Part shown: piece after piece, positions 39,850-53,340 of the stretch
Layout of the letters: each line of letters begins with the position of its first letter
How positions within the stretch are numbered: the stretch's first letter is position 1
Assembly: GCF_026571515.1 (NCBI RefSeq)
Contig: NW_026864039.1
Coordinates: forward strand, 186,001-250,000
Length of the DNA stretch: 64,000 nucleotides
Direction of reading: 5' to 3'
From: Ruditapes philippinarum
Taxonomy: Eukaryota
Program-made: the position numbers and the translations under genes
The notes under the pieces: model-generated
Databases searched by the model: none
The model's input: the letters and a program-made list of their open reading frames with translations, nothing else
Told to the model about the DNA's origin: nothing

Positions 39850-42266
39850 TTGTAAATTCTACAATATATCAGAATGATTATATGAAATAACCTTGAAAAT
39901 ACAATGAAATCACTAGGTTTGGCATTTTTTTTTATTCTTTAATACTGTTGTCACAGCAATCCAGTAGTGTTACACAAACCTAAAGCATGTTTTAAACTTG
40001 ATAAAGGAATGGAAATAACCACAAGTTGGGTAACATTTTTATGTACCAAAATAACTTTGAATTTAGAATTATAAACCCAAACACACAGTTCATTTTATCA
40101 AAGACTATTTCAAATTATAAGACTGATAAAGTGTATGGAAATTTTCCAGTCTCTTTTATTGTACTAATATGCTTATTCATCATTTATTATTCATTATAAA
40201 ATAATCATCTCATAAAATAGTTCTCATTAACTAGCAAATTAGTAAGACTTACAGGATGGTGTTATTATAGGAGTAATTGCAATAAGGTCATATTTATTTT
40301 CTGAGTAACTTTAAGCAGTATATGTAACAACATATTAAATTGATATAGTTACACATTATAAAATATTTGGTATAGCATTATAACAGACTATACACTCAGT
40401 ATAATATATAACTAAACTCACTGTGTCATATCTGTGTCATATATATATGGATTGATCTGTCACAGTAAAATTCTCCTACACCAGCAGTCACTCTAAGCTG
40501 TATCATAATGTAGGAGGTAGTATAGGAGATATTGTATGCATTACAATATTGTCCGCTCTCACAATGCAATAGTTTTAATAATTCATTACATTTAATGATC
40601 TGATTTTGTTAAATGGAAACAATTACTTGTCAGATTTATCATAATGATTGTTAGAATATAAAATATAGTTACAGTTACAATAAATGAATGTAACTGCTGT
40701 TACAAAAAGGAGATGTATGTTTATAAAAATTGCTCTGTTGCAGTAAGACTTTTAATATTCAGAGGGATAAGATAATTTTTTGTACGAGTGACCAGAGGAG
40801 ATGTAAGAAATTAGACAGACAGTATTGAATCTCAAGCTTATATATCTACAAGTAGAGTGTCATCAGAGCAGTATTGTGTGAAGGTGAAGAAGTTAATCAA
40901 ATATTTCAGACAGACATTGACATATCTCTAGACCACACAAGTGTTTCTGATTGTCATTTCAAGGAAAACTGTGACATTGTGAAACAAATATTTTCTAGAT
41001 TGCATTGGGAAAAAGTAGAAAGCTAGTGAAGATTTTGATGTGATTGTTATAATTAACTTTTTAGCATCAATAGTGAGAAAAAGAAGGAATATTAAATGTT
41101 ATTGAAACTGTGTCAAATCAATATACATGTACATCATGTCATATGTTGATTGTGAAAATGCTTACTAATTTAATTGGATTTAAATCAAAGCAAATCTTTG
41201 CTAATTGGAATAATATAAAGTATGTGATGAACATGAAATACCTTACGAGAAATCAAATGGATTTTATACAGAATTAATGCATCATGATTATGATGAACAT
41301 TTCAAGTTTTCTCTCGCTTTTCACACCTTTACAGCCTCTGTATCACTGACATATAGACACAGTAGTTATGATCTGTGACTTATATTAAACTACTAACTGC
41401 ATTGCGTAACAGAAATTGTGGAAGAAATGGCAATGAACGATTGTGCTTGTTTTGACTGGATATTTCATATGTAAATATAACAATTTTATTACATGTATAA
41501 TTATTTTGATTTCTTAGAAATTTTTATAAAAGGATAAGGTTTTTTTTCCCAATCAAAATGAAGGCCAGGGGTTATCTAATGAGTTTTGAGATATAGCAAT
41601 GAGTCTTCATTTTGGATTTATAAAAATATGCACAGATCAACAAGGATTTTATATCCTGTCAAACCATATTCTATTAACAAGCATCAAAGATTCAGTCTGT
41701 TTGCAGCTATATTGGAATTTTTTGCACCACTCAAATTATCAATGTCTAAATTACTTTTAAATTCAAAGCAAAAAGCAGTCAATTTCTGTAAAAATATTTT
41801 GGGCTTGAGGATGACATAGAATCCATACAAACGTCTTCCATCAGACTCTTAAATTTAAATATAACATCAAGAAGAGGAAATTTACTGAAGCCTTGAGAAA
41901 TTTGCCACTGATGGAGAATTGTAGAAGTCCCAGTGGACATTTCCGTCAGAAAATGTTGACACTTCACCAAATGAAGAGAATCATTTTAGCATTTGGAAAG
42001 AGATAAACTTTCTTTTAAGGTGGTAAAAAATTTACAATAGAATAAAAAAAGTAAGATTATCCTGTTTTAGGAAAAATGTTATTTCAGGAAATTCTATGAA
42101 AGCAAGAACTTATTCTATGAACAGGTTAACAAAGTCTGATTGATGCAGTAGAATGGTAGCAATTGTTTTCATTCAAGCATTACCAAGTATTGCCTGACCA
42201 GAGTTCAACTTTGTCTCAAAATTATCTTCACATTAAATAATTTAAGATGAATTGGAGCAAGTATTG

Positions 42267-42851
42267 TATGGTGGCTGATTTGGAACGCTTTTGTGTATCA
42301 CCAAACGACGCATTGTCAGACTTTTGTCTTGTCATTCTGTCGCTAACAATGCATGCAAAACAGGGCGTTGTCTTGTGGCATGTTGTCGCAATGTCAAATT
42401 GTCGCTGGGCTCAAATCAAAGGACTTGCTTATAAACCAAGCAACAGGGCGACATTGCAACAACACGCCGCATGACAATGGACCTTTCCGGTTTTTCGTAG
42501 CGGAACATTTAGCCACACCTTTTCCATTCATTGCAAGGTCAACTGCTCACAAACAGTATCACAAACATAAGCACGTGTTCTTTTGTGCAAACCAGGTCAA
42601 CCAGTGACTATGTATTATCTCACTGTAGCGATTGGATTACAAGTTAGCCAATTTACATAAAACTGTAAACACGGGAAAGGTCCATGCACCTTTTGGCGTG
42701 CCTCACTAGAGGCAGGACAACAAGACCATAGTGCGACAACGCGCCATTTGGCACGTTTCGCTAGCAACAAGACGAAAAGGCGATAACAATATAGGTTGTG
42801 TTGTCGCTACCGACAACGCAACGCGCAAAGTGTACCAAATCAGCCACCACA
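42267..42851. mobile_element. IS3EU-like MITE
   Basis: TIRs TATGGTGGCTGATTTGGAACGCTTT versus (reverse complement) TGTGGTGGCTGATTTGGTACACTTT. Near-identical 6-bp flanks GTATTG / GTATAG. Many internal TGTCG/CGACA motifs. TAY termini with a 6-bp TSD are described for IS3EU. Confidence 0.75.
42477..42685. mobile_element. Nested 209-bp MITE inside the IS3EU-like element
   Basis: Inverted termini ATGGACCTTTCC / GGAAAGGTCCAT (12 bp exact, extending imperfectly). It interrupts the CGAC-motif pattern of the host element. Confidence 0.7.
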
Positions 42852-43792
42852 GTATAGTATCACAGTGTATATAAACAAGTCTCCTTCCTGTTAATTCAAA
42901 AAAGGTCCAGGTTCCCCAGTATTTTTTTAGCTACAATAATTGGAAATAATACATGCTTGTAATCGCAAGACAGGTAACACATTGAATTGTATAGGCTCAA
43001 AGATTTCATTTATATACTGTGGTATTAGTATAATGTTGCCATTAGTATAATTCAAAGGACAAAGGACATCTCATTATCAAATTACTAAACTATGATATCA
43101 GCTAACTTTCTAGAAGATCAGTTTGCTAGTGATACAATCTTGGTGATTTTTTTAAAGGTTAACTATATCATATATCATACATTTATAAGGTGCCAATTAT
43201 CTGACTATAGAGTGATTAATGTCACAATGTACAGCTTCTGTTCTCAGACCTTAATTATCATAAACCCACCAGTTTATTTTAGATCTCTCTCTTTTACAAC
43301 TGCCTGGTCTGTTCTCCCAGACTCCGTCTGTGTCAATTTACATTATCTTATAAACTTTCTTGACTTTTAAACTTTACTGAAAAACACAATGTTTATATAG
43401 AGAGTGGTTAGATGATAGGATAGAGTACATGATGTAGTATCAAAACAATTTCTCTGATTATTGATCGTGTAATCTTGCATATTTAAGTTTTCTTTAACAT
43501 TAAATTAGACAGTTTGAACCTTATGTATTCATTGATAGTTACATCACAATATCTCTTACTTTCAAATCCTGTGTTCATTTTTACATTGATGCATAGTTAA
43601 ATAGAAAAAAATCCACAAAATTTACAGACAAAGAACCAATTAATGATGTAATTAGTAGTAAATTAAAATCACAGAAACCATTGAGGCAGGTATTAAACAT
43701 GTAATAGTACTATTACAAGCAAACAATTGGAAGTAAACTTGCAACAACTATAGACACCATAATAAAACCACTTCTGTTTGGAACTGTTTGTA

Positions 43793-44656
43793 CAGTTGAC
43801 TCTCGGTAACTCGAAATCCAAGGGACTGGGCATTTAACTTCGAGAGAAACGGAATTCGAGTAACGTGGAACTACCACCATTACATGTATATACATGTGCC
43901 TGATTTAAATTGTGCAAAGGAGTAGGTTTGTTATTGTTGTTAGCGGCAATGCTGCAATATTCAACCATTGAAATGACGGTAAATCACTTACAACTGCAAA
44001 TTATTAATGAACAAAAATATATCATTCAAAATTTAATACATGTAATATTTATAGTGAAACAGAAACACACAATTACATTTGATTTAATTCATCATCGGAC
44101 GAAAACGAAATTAGCAACTATCCTGAACCGGAAGTACAAATATGACAGATAATTAATTAAACAAATGTCCTTTAAGTTGATAACACACATCAATACCTAG
44201 GCTGTTATTTGACTAACACCCGTCAGACTGGCATGAGTCAACTTTCTTTAAGATATGTAATTAAATTTTAATTTAGTTATCTAACTGTTAAAACCAATTA
44301 AGTCCTGAAATGGATTAAAGCCACTTTTACGACATGTTAATAATACATGATGACCGGCAATTAAAAATTACTATGAAACGTGTAAATCATGAGTGACAAC
44401 ATCTCACCTTGATGTTGCCGACCTTTGATCAGACGGTTGTTTCCACACTTTGACTTATTGAGATGTAAATATGTTGGACTTTAATTGAGGGACCAAATTT
44501 TTCTTTTCGACTAAACAGGAGTCTCGGCAAGTCAAAATTTGACCTAAGCGGAGTTAAAATACAAAGATAAAGAAGAAAATTTGACGGGACTTTAGAAATT
44601 ATTCGACTCAAGCGGAATTTTGAGTAAAGCGATTTTGACTAATTGAGAGTCAACTG
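43793..44656. mobile_element. Tc1/mariner(pogo)-type MITE (864 bp)
   Basis: TA|CAGTTGACTCTC ... GAGAGTCAACTG|TA, with subterminal TTCGAG-type motifs at both ends and no transposase. Confidence 0.88.
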
Positions 44657-46450
44657 TAGTTACATTATACTTGGTTTGATTTAGTTTTATTCACGAGAGG
44701 TGAAGAAAGATGCACCAGCTAAAGTGGTTACTAATTTAATCCTCAACACTTAAAGTATTGGAAAAAAAGATCCTGAAAGACCATAATATCAACTGTGAAA
44801 TAAAAAATATGTAGTTCCCCTGGTCAACATTACTTGACAATTCCAAATTCAAAGCTGGAAAAGTCCATCATGTTAATGTTGGGGGGAGGTAGGGGATGGG
44901 GGGTAAATTGGCTCTGTGGGCAAGAAGTACATACTTACGAGTCTAACTTTCAGTTGCTTTCCTTACAGTGACTAAGACTTAGGTCCTATTAAGAAATTAT
45001 TTAGTAAGCTTAATATGGAAGTCAGGGCACCTAAACTATTTCTTTCCTAGTTTATCTGGAAAGTTGTTCTATGTCCCTTTCATGTTTTCAGTTTAATATT
45101 GTATGCTTTAAAAGCCAAGCCATCATTGTTATGTGAGCTCAGGGCATATTACAATAGAGACACATGGTGCCATGATTGTATATTTAATGTTATTGCACAC
45201 ATAGATAATTAAATGTCTCTACTATAGTTCCTGCAATATTTTACTCTCTATAGGGTAAAATCACAGTCACCTCCTGTTTAATGTTGGTATTGATTAATGA
45301 TTCTCATAACACTTCTATAGATTGGATGATGATATTGACTGTATCAAGATAAGCTCATATTGATTTCACGGTAATGAGCATTTCAAATTGATTATTAGTT
45401 CTAGTAAATGATGATTTTATACACTAAATGCACTTAAATTACTTCTGGTATTGTTATTAGGCAGATGATACTGTTTTAATATGGTCATGTTGTCACTCAC
45501 TGATAGTTGAGTAAAATTTAAAGCTGCATGTACAGCACATTTGATCAATTATACAGGGCAAACATTACATTATAAAGTTAGGAAATTGTGTAAGCAATCA
45601 TTTGTTCTTCTTCAAAAGAATTTACAAGCATGTAGAACAATTTACTGTAGCCTTAATCTGCTGACTTTCTTTGCTTTAAATTTGGAACAGTTCAATTGAA
45701 AATTCAAAGATTGTAATATTACAACACAAAAATTGAAATATCCACTGTGCATTAAAGCTTGGTCAGATGTGAAGGTTGGCCTATCTCTATACATGTAATT
45801 CTATCATTAGTCTTCTTCAAAAGTGGCACTTTACTTTTCATCTATCCCAAGATGTTTCAGTATTTTTAAGGTGAGTTATTGATTACTTGATAGTTTGGCT
45901 AACTATACAGTTATAAGTGCTAATATATTATCTCATGAGAAGCTAGTGTTTAACCTCTATGAAGAAAGTGATGACCTTTACTGTCTGTTTTAGACTGATA
46001 AATTAACAACAAATATTACTTATAATGTATTATTTAGAAAAAAAACTAACACCACTAAAATAATTCATGATCTTGCTGCTTTACTTTTTTAATTGGATTT
46101 TAATTGGAAAACATTTCCTAGAAAATTGGTTGTGCTTGATAGTATCTACAATTGTAATAACTTTGATAATGGGCTGAACAGAACAGAACAGAATATTTAT
46201 TAATAATATTATATACATGTTCTTGTTAACACACAACAAAGATTTGATTAAACAAATATGGTAGGTGAAGAACATACAACAATGTTTAAAGGGGACAAAC
46301 TTTGTGCAAGACAAAGCAAAAGCATGGTGTTAAGAGTTAATGATTGTGTTTCTTAATGATATAAATTTTCGATATATTATTTGATAACTTATTCAAAACA
46401 GTTTTATTTTGCAGTGAAAGTAGATTCCAAAGCAATTAACAAGTAACGTG

Positions 46451-46615
46451 CAGGGTTGTCATTAAGAGGCGGCAGGAGGCCAAAATGCCTGTCTCAAATG
46501 CATTATGGGCCGCCTCAAAATTAAGAAAACACTCTTTGTTATGCATGATAAAGACAGAAATGACCGCCTCAAGTTCAAAACAAACCTTCTGCAAAAAATG
46601 TTAATGACAACCCTG
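46451..46615. mobile_element. 165-bp MITE with hAT-like CAGGG termini
   Basis: Perfect 15-bp TIR CAGGGTTGTCATTAA / TTAATGACAACCCTG and internal GAGGCGG / CCGCCTCAA motifs. No matching 8-bp TSD. Confidence 0.75.
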
Positions 46616-46849
46616 GGGGTGGTTATTGAAAATTGTCACTAGAATCTGTTACAACATTCCATCACATCATGTGATTTCAGTTGAAATATCTGTCATCTTG
46701 TATAATAAACTAATAAAATAATAGCCTAAAGTGGCTATAGATAGTGGCTACTGTTGTTGCTGTTTAACCAGGATATATCATATGTTGTATCATAGTTTGG
46801 GGACCTTTCTGTTGAAAATGTGTCAGAGTTAAATCCTATACATATACAT

Positions 46850-48159
46850 GCACAGTGCGTTAACTGGAGTACAGGTATTAGTTACCCGCACTCTAGAGCA
46901 TGTCCATTGATTGGCTCATTTTTGCTAGGTTTACTAACTGCGACGGCAGGGAAAGGGAAAGTGATAGAAATATCATATTCGGATGCTCGTTCATTGGTTA
47001 CTTTTTTCTGGGGTTTCATATTGTGACAACAGGGAATGTGTTTTTTAAGTTTGACTATGATACAAAAGAGAAAGAACATGAAAACACTCGACAATCTGAA
47101 TAATACTTGTGGGCTATGCCCACTCATACAAATCAGATAGCCTCGTGTTTCGATGCTTTATGTTTATTTCTAATTGTCGAAACCATACTACGTTTTTAAT
47201 TTCTAATCGATAAGTTCATTTTGAGGGAGGTAAAAATGAAAACCATAAATAAAATAAACACATGAATTTAAATGAACACATGAACACAAAGGCAACATAA
47301 TTTATAGAGCCAAAACATAATTATATGATGAATATTTTAATTTTCATCAAGAAACACATTAATTTTTTTCTGGCATTTAACACATTAATGCATATTCTAT
47401 CACTCCACGTGATTTTGTCACTATAGACAAAGAAGGAAAAAAAACGGTGTTAAACTGCCAATAAACACTGGTTACGGACTATTTGTATATGCGGCTTTAA
47501 TGTTTTCACCCTCAATTATATAGTTTACAAAGCCTTTTAAAAGCAACAATAAGAAGCATTTTTATTTATATTTTCAGTTCTTATAATGTTTTCTTTTCAT
47601 ACAATACCAAAATAATATCTCACATACACTAACGCCACATATTTGATCCATATCAGTTAATAAATATTTTGACAAAACGGCGCCAATCCGTAAGCAGCGT
47701 AATGACGTCATCGTAAGTAAACAACTCGTTCATAAACAAGCTGACGTTATTTTATACATACAAGAATGATAAATGGGACACTGAATACGACGTAAGTTTT
47801 TATTGTTGAAAACTTGATAAAATAACGTTTTTTTCTAATTATTTATTTTGTTTAATAATTTCTATATCTTTGCAACAGTAGGGTGAGAAAATCGAACAGC
47901 GTTATACATAAATCGGCACCGGAAGTTATTTCCGCTTGAAAAATTAACATTAGTGATCTTCCTTATTTTATCGTGATAGAATCGAAATAACATCGGCCTG
48001 AGAGGTGTATATCGGCTATTTAACACCGGTTTTGTCGTTTTGATGCAAAAAAATTAACCACTCAGGCCTACGGCCTTCGTGGTCAATTACTACACATCAA
48101 AACTCCAAACCGGTGTTAAATAGCCGATATACACCTCTCAGGCCGATGTTATTTCTTAA
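46850..48159. mobile_element. Unclassified ~1.3-kb non-coding element ending in a 172-bp palindrome (possibly Crypton-type non-autonomous)
   Basis: CpG-rich relative to flanks, bounded by the direct repeat ATATACAT (46842-46849 and 48160-48167), no TIR. Perfect 49-bp inverted arms at 47984-48032 and 48107-48155. Confidence 0.55.
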
Positions 48160-49329
48160 ATATACATAGCTCAAAATTTGTTATGGTATCAATAGAAAAA
48201 ATGTACATTGTATGTGATATTGTCTGTCAGGGTAAAGATAACAAATTAGAGATGTGTCCAGTATTTTAGCAATGTTATTTGAAGATGTAAGATTTGTCTT
48301 TCTTAGAATTTGAAACAGTCTACTCAATGTTTAAGGGAGATTTCAATATCAAAATATATATACAAAAAATTGATATTCCAACAGTTTAGAGAGCCTTGAT
48401 ATACTGCACAAGTGTTTAGGCGAGCCTGAATCTATACAATGATTACAAATGATGATCACCTTTGGCTGCAGCAGATTAAGGATAAGCGGTACTTTATCCA
48501 TGCCAGTATCGGTAGAGTCATCCTTGCATTGGGACCAAATCATTATTATATCAATATTATTGGTGTCCTAAATTAGCAATTATGCTGTAATAATTAAAAA
48601 CTTCAAATGTTGCATAGATTATCAAAGAAACAGCAATTTAGAAAACTTACATTACTTTAGGATTTATATTTCAACTTATCTTGAATACTTTAAGATTTTC
48701 TGCTCTCAGAATGATCTTAGTAATAATAACTTTATATTCATGGGATTATTCTAAATAAGTATAAGATTTATTAAGGTAAAAGCAAAGTTTGAAAATTATT
48801 CTCAGGGAAGTAGTTTACAAGAAGATCAAAGATGCCTATAATGTTACTCTAGAGAAATCATGTTCCTGTCAAAACATCAGAACTTGTAGAAACTTGTAGA
48901 ATGTTCATATTTATAGGAAATAAATGGATGTGTTGCTTTAATGAATTATCTTTAACTGACTTGAAAAAGAGATACTTTGTAACTTTCTATGTTACTCTGT
49001 GAAAGATGAAAATCTACAATGTTTACAAAATCACATCCCACATTTAAAACTGCCATCAATTTTCAGATTCTGTTAGTTACTGCAAACTGCATTATTATAT
49101 TGCGTTTTTCAAATAAGCAGTGTCGATTAAATAAAGCTTAAATAAAATAAAAATTCTTTAAAACAATGTTGAATGAAGTAAATTGCTCAAGATCTTTTGA
49201 AGCATGTAATCTAAACTCTCAATTAATGGCAATGAGATTTGGACATAACCTTCGCAATATTTGTGCATTAACAAAATCACCTAATTGACATTGCAGTGTT
49301 GGGGATAGATTGAAGTTAAAAAGCTAATT

Positions 49330-49765
49330 ATACAGTATGTTCTCTGATTATATGATCTTTAAATTTTTACACCACAAGATCTGATAAACTGTCAGTACAT
49401 TATACTGTATCTGGCTGCTTATATGTTTTTTTACACCACACTATCTGATAAACTGTGATACATTATACCTTATGTGTGTATGATTGTATGTTTTTTCTTT
49501 TTACATCACAAAATCTGATAAACTGTTGGGGTATTAAACTGTATGTTGTCTGATTATATGTCTACTTTTAGTCACCACAAAATCTGATAAACTGTTGGTA
49601 AATTTTAATGAATTTATACTGTGTGGTGTCAAATTGTATTTTGACAAGTCATTACATTTATACCATATCTTGTCTGATTGTATGTTTTTACTTTTTACAC
49701 CACAAAATCTGATAAACTGATAAACTGTTGGTATATTATACCATATTTTGTCTGATTGCATGTTT
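49330..49765. repeat. Degenerate ~65-70-bp tandem repeat
   Basis: CACAAAATCTGATAAACTG-type motif near 49373, 49437, 49508, 49576 and 49701. Confidence 0.75.
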
Positions 49766-50089
49766 TAATCATCATATCCATGATTTCATGGCAGGGAATA
49801 ATTGTATCATGCATAATTTGCATGTAAATATGTAATTTAAAAGTCTGTGCATGCAGCATTCTGAGATAAGTTATTGATTGTGATCATTTACATTCAAATA
49901 TTGAATCTGTCTTTGAGATTATGTACACTTCACAACAGACTTGTATAAATTTGTTTATTAATTTAATGTTGATTTCTGTACTTTTTTTTAAAAGGACAAA
50001 TAGAAGTAAATTTTTATGACACAGAATTTCATTCTAAACAAGGTAGACAAAGCCAAGTAAATAATACCCAAGACCATCTAATTTAACTG

Positions 50090-50230
50090 CCTGGCAGCGT
50101 GACCCAGTCGTTAATGCATTGGGACTAGTAATCTAAAGATTGCTGACCATGTGGGTTCAAACCCTGTCTGAGGGGCAAGCCGTTGTTTCCTCGAGCAAGA
50201 AACTTTACACTCATTGCTAAGTATTTGTAT
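50090..50230 (+). mobile_element. Truncated tRNA-derived SINE with CORE/V-type central motif
   Basis: A-box-like GTGACCCAGTCGTTAA, B-box GGGTTCAAACCC, then GTTGTTTCCTCGAGCAAGAAACTTTACACTCATTGCT. Confidence 0.65.
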
Positions 50231-51070
50231 AAACTAACTGCCTGGTGATTGTTTTCCTCTTCTTTAACTTCTTCACTGACATGCAATACATAACTCATAC
50301 CAGATTGATATTTTCTAATTTCAGAAAGTAGCAAAAAAAGCTTGAATATGTAGCACTTTAGTATGATTGGGATGATTTCTCCATATTTAATGTCAAAATT
50401 TTATTATACCATAAGGTAATCAATGTAACATTTCACTGGGCTTCTGTTTTTATATTTTCATCATCCGAGTCACACTAATCTTCTGTTTTATGGCTTTTTT
50501 TTCCATTCAATCAATGACAGACGCAGATTGTCTAGAAGTAACCGATGTTAATGGTAATATTCTTCCTTGACCAAAGTCACTCATATTCTATCATTTTCTT
50601 GACCAAGGTTACCTATTTTATCATTTATCATGTATTGATAAGTTTCTCACATTGTATAATCTGAGCATTAGTGAGATTGAACAAGTGATTAAGAAAATGG
50701 CCTCCAAGATTCTGCTGTGTTTCATAAGACATAAGTAGATAAAGGATGACAATTTCAGCTTGATTTCAGACAGTTTCCACTTCATATTACATCTTTTATT
50801 AAAGCTCAAAGCTTAGCAATGTCATAGATTTTTATCTCATGATTCAACAAGATCTTTAAGGTCACCAAATCAAACCATATATTCTATTACAGCACTCACA
50901 TAATAGATAATATGATAATGTCATCCAGTACTTACCTATACAACACTAAACATCTTACTTGGACTTGTTAACCTTTTAATCAATTATTTTAACACTTTCA
51001 AAATATGTACTGACAGAATAGCAAACAGTGTGGACCATGATCAGACAGCACAGATGTGCCATGTGATCTT

Positions 51071-51965
51071 GGTCTCACTATCTGTACCAGTTACATGGGT
51101 TTCAACATCTGCACCAGTCACATGGGTCTCACTATCTGCACCAGTCACATGAATCTCACTGTCTGCACCAGTCACATGGGTCTCACCATCTGCACCAGTC
51201 ACATGAGTCTCACTGTCTGCACCAGTCACATGGGTTTCACCATCTGCACCAGTCACATGGGTCTCACTGTCTGCACCAGTCACATGGGTCTCACCATCTG
51301 CACCAGTCACATGGGTCTAACTGTCTGCACCAGTCACATGGGTCTCACTGTCTGCACCAGTCACATGAGTCTCATTGTCTGCACCAGTCACATGAGTCTC
51401 ACTGTCTGCACCAGTCACATTGGTCTCACCATCTGCACCAGTCACATGAGTCTCACTGTCTGCATCAGTCACATGGGTTTCACCATCTGCACCAGCCACA
51501 TGGGTCTCACTATCTGCACCAGTCACATGGGTCTAACTGTCTGCACCAGTCACATGGGTCCCACTGTCTGCACCCATCACATGGGTCTCATTGTCTGCAC
51601 CAGTCACATGGGTCTTACTGTCTGCACCAGTCACATGGGTCTCCCCATAAGCACCAGTCACATGGGTATCATTGTCTGCACCTGTCACATGGGTCTCACC
51701 ATCTGTACCAGTCACATGGGTCTCACCATAAGCACCAGTCACATGGGTCTCATTGTCTGCACCAGTCACATGAGTCTCACTGTCTGCACCAGTCACATGG
51801 GTGGCACCATCTACACCAGTCACATGGGTCTCACTATCTGCACCAGTCACATGGGTCTCACCATCTGCACTAGTCACATGGGTCTCACCATTTTGTACCA
51901 GTCAAATGGGTCTCAATGTCTTCACCAGTCACATGGGTCTCACCATCTGCACCAGTCACATGGGT
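51071..51965. repeat. 27-bp minisatellite (~33 copies) embedded in a degraded MITE (~50930-52005)
   Basis: Unit GTCTCACTGTCTGCACCAGTCACATGG. The left flank is the MITE core ..GACCATGATCAGACAGCACAGATGTGCCATGTGATCTTGGTCT; the right flank is GCTGCCAACAGGCTTAAAGAGTCAA. Confidence 0.96.
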
Positions 51966-52147
51966 ACAAACAGTTAATGCTGCCAACAGGCTTAAAGAGT
52001 CAAAGGAGACATTTGAAAGTTTGGTTATTTCAGCCCATTCAAACAATGGTACCCCATCGTAAACCTAACCAGAGTGTAATGTGACACAACCACAACTGAA
52101 CTGCTTGTTAAATTCTAGCAGCCGTAACTGAACTGTTTACTAAATTC

Positions 52148-53113
52148 TAGGGCTGGGAATTATATTCGAATATTCGAAACACTACCGAATATTCGAACAT
52201 TGAAAAACGAATACGAATATTCGGAAAAAAAAGGAGAAATGTTTCATTTTTTGTCATTACTTTCAAATTTCAATTCAGATCGTAAATTAAACCTTTGCCC
52301 TTTCTTTCACCAGGTGTTCAAATGTTTGTATGACGCGTGTCAACAATTATCGCCAATTAACTGTGAAAACTTTGGGGTATAGTTGATCAAAAGGGCACCC
52401 GTTTCACAGTTTGCAATTTACCTGTTGAACAGTTTATAATGTAAATTTTTCCGATTTTAATTATCTTATTTATTGTTTTCTGTGTTAAAATCTTTCCGAT
52501 TAATCAATAATTGTCTTAAATTTTGTGAATAAGAATAAATTGGCACCATTATTCGGCGCGTTATGAAAGCATATGAAGTGTCTAAATTCTGTCAGAATAT
52601 ATTTATTCCGTAGACATTAGACTCCGTGTGATATTTACCTCGTTATAGCTAAACTTATCTTAAGAATATTTTAAACTTTATCTAAAATTATAAATAAAAA
52701 ATATTTAATACAAGTTAAGTTTCAATATCATTATGTGTCTTTGGGGATAAATGGCTACGATGATTCATATCACTGTCAGTCAAGTCACGTGAGTTACCTC
52801 CCGTTAATAAGACAGCGGTCGGGTTTACTGAACAAAAGGCAATCAAATTATGAATTTATTTCAAAAGTAAACATATATATCTCGATTTACAATATATAAA
52901 TTAAAAAAACTTCGACATAGCAATAAAGGTATTTTTAATCGCCGATTATTCCAAGCATTTTAAAGTAGTATAGTATTCGACGCAATCAATTTCGGATACG
53001 TATACGTCAAAGAGAAATATTGGAACACATGTTGTAAAAACGAATATTCGAATATATTCGAATATGGAAAACGAATATTCGAACATCGAATTCCTTATTC
53101 GTTCCCAGCCCTA
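52148..53113. mobile_element. hAT-type MITE (966 bp)
   Basis: 12-bp perfect TIR TAGGGCTGGGAA / TTCCCAGCCCTA, exact 8-bp TSD CTAAATTC (52140-52147 and 53114-53121), subterminal CGAATATTCG repeats. Confidence 0.93.
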
Positions 53114-53126
53114 CTAAATTCTAAAG

Positions 53127-53340
53127 ACCGCCTCCGTGGTCGAGGGGTTAGAGTCAATGACTTCTAATCCAGTTACCTCTCTGGCGTGGGTTCGATCCCC
53201 GGGAGATGCTTTGGTAGTTTAGCGCAGAGGAAGGTAGTCTAGTACTGGTGTAACTCTCCAGGAACGATGGTTAGGAAACTACCCGCCTATATGACTGAAA
53301 ATTCTGTTGGGAAAAGGCGTAAAATGAAACAAACAAACAA
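53127..53340 (+). mobile_element. tRNA-derived SINE, full length (copy 1)
   Basis: A-box TGGTCGAGGGG, B-box GGGTTCGATCCC, (AAAC)n tail, flanked by (A)CTAAATTCTA on both sides. A near-identical copy is at 63390. Confidence 0.92.

Noticed and set aside
41586-41970. Short ORFs or possible exon
   Set aside because: No motif and no paired splice sites; the lengths are expected by chance.
44881-44903. G-rich potential quadruplex
   Set aside because: Short isolated low-complexity run with no supporting context.
51041-52084. 342-aa ORF and VTGADSETH repeat ORFs as a real repeat protein (ice-binding or mucin-like)
   Set aside because: 27-bp periodicity explains the openness. The minus frame has stops, there is no signal peptide or flanking exon, and the array sits in a TE remnant.
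53127-53205. tRNA gene (also 63390 and 50090)
   Set aside because: A and B boxes are present, but there is no clean acceptor stem and it is followed by a SINE body and (AAAC)n tail.
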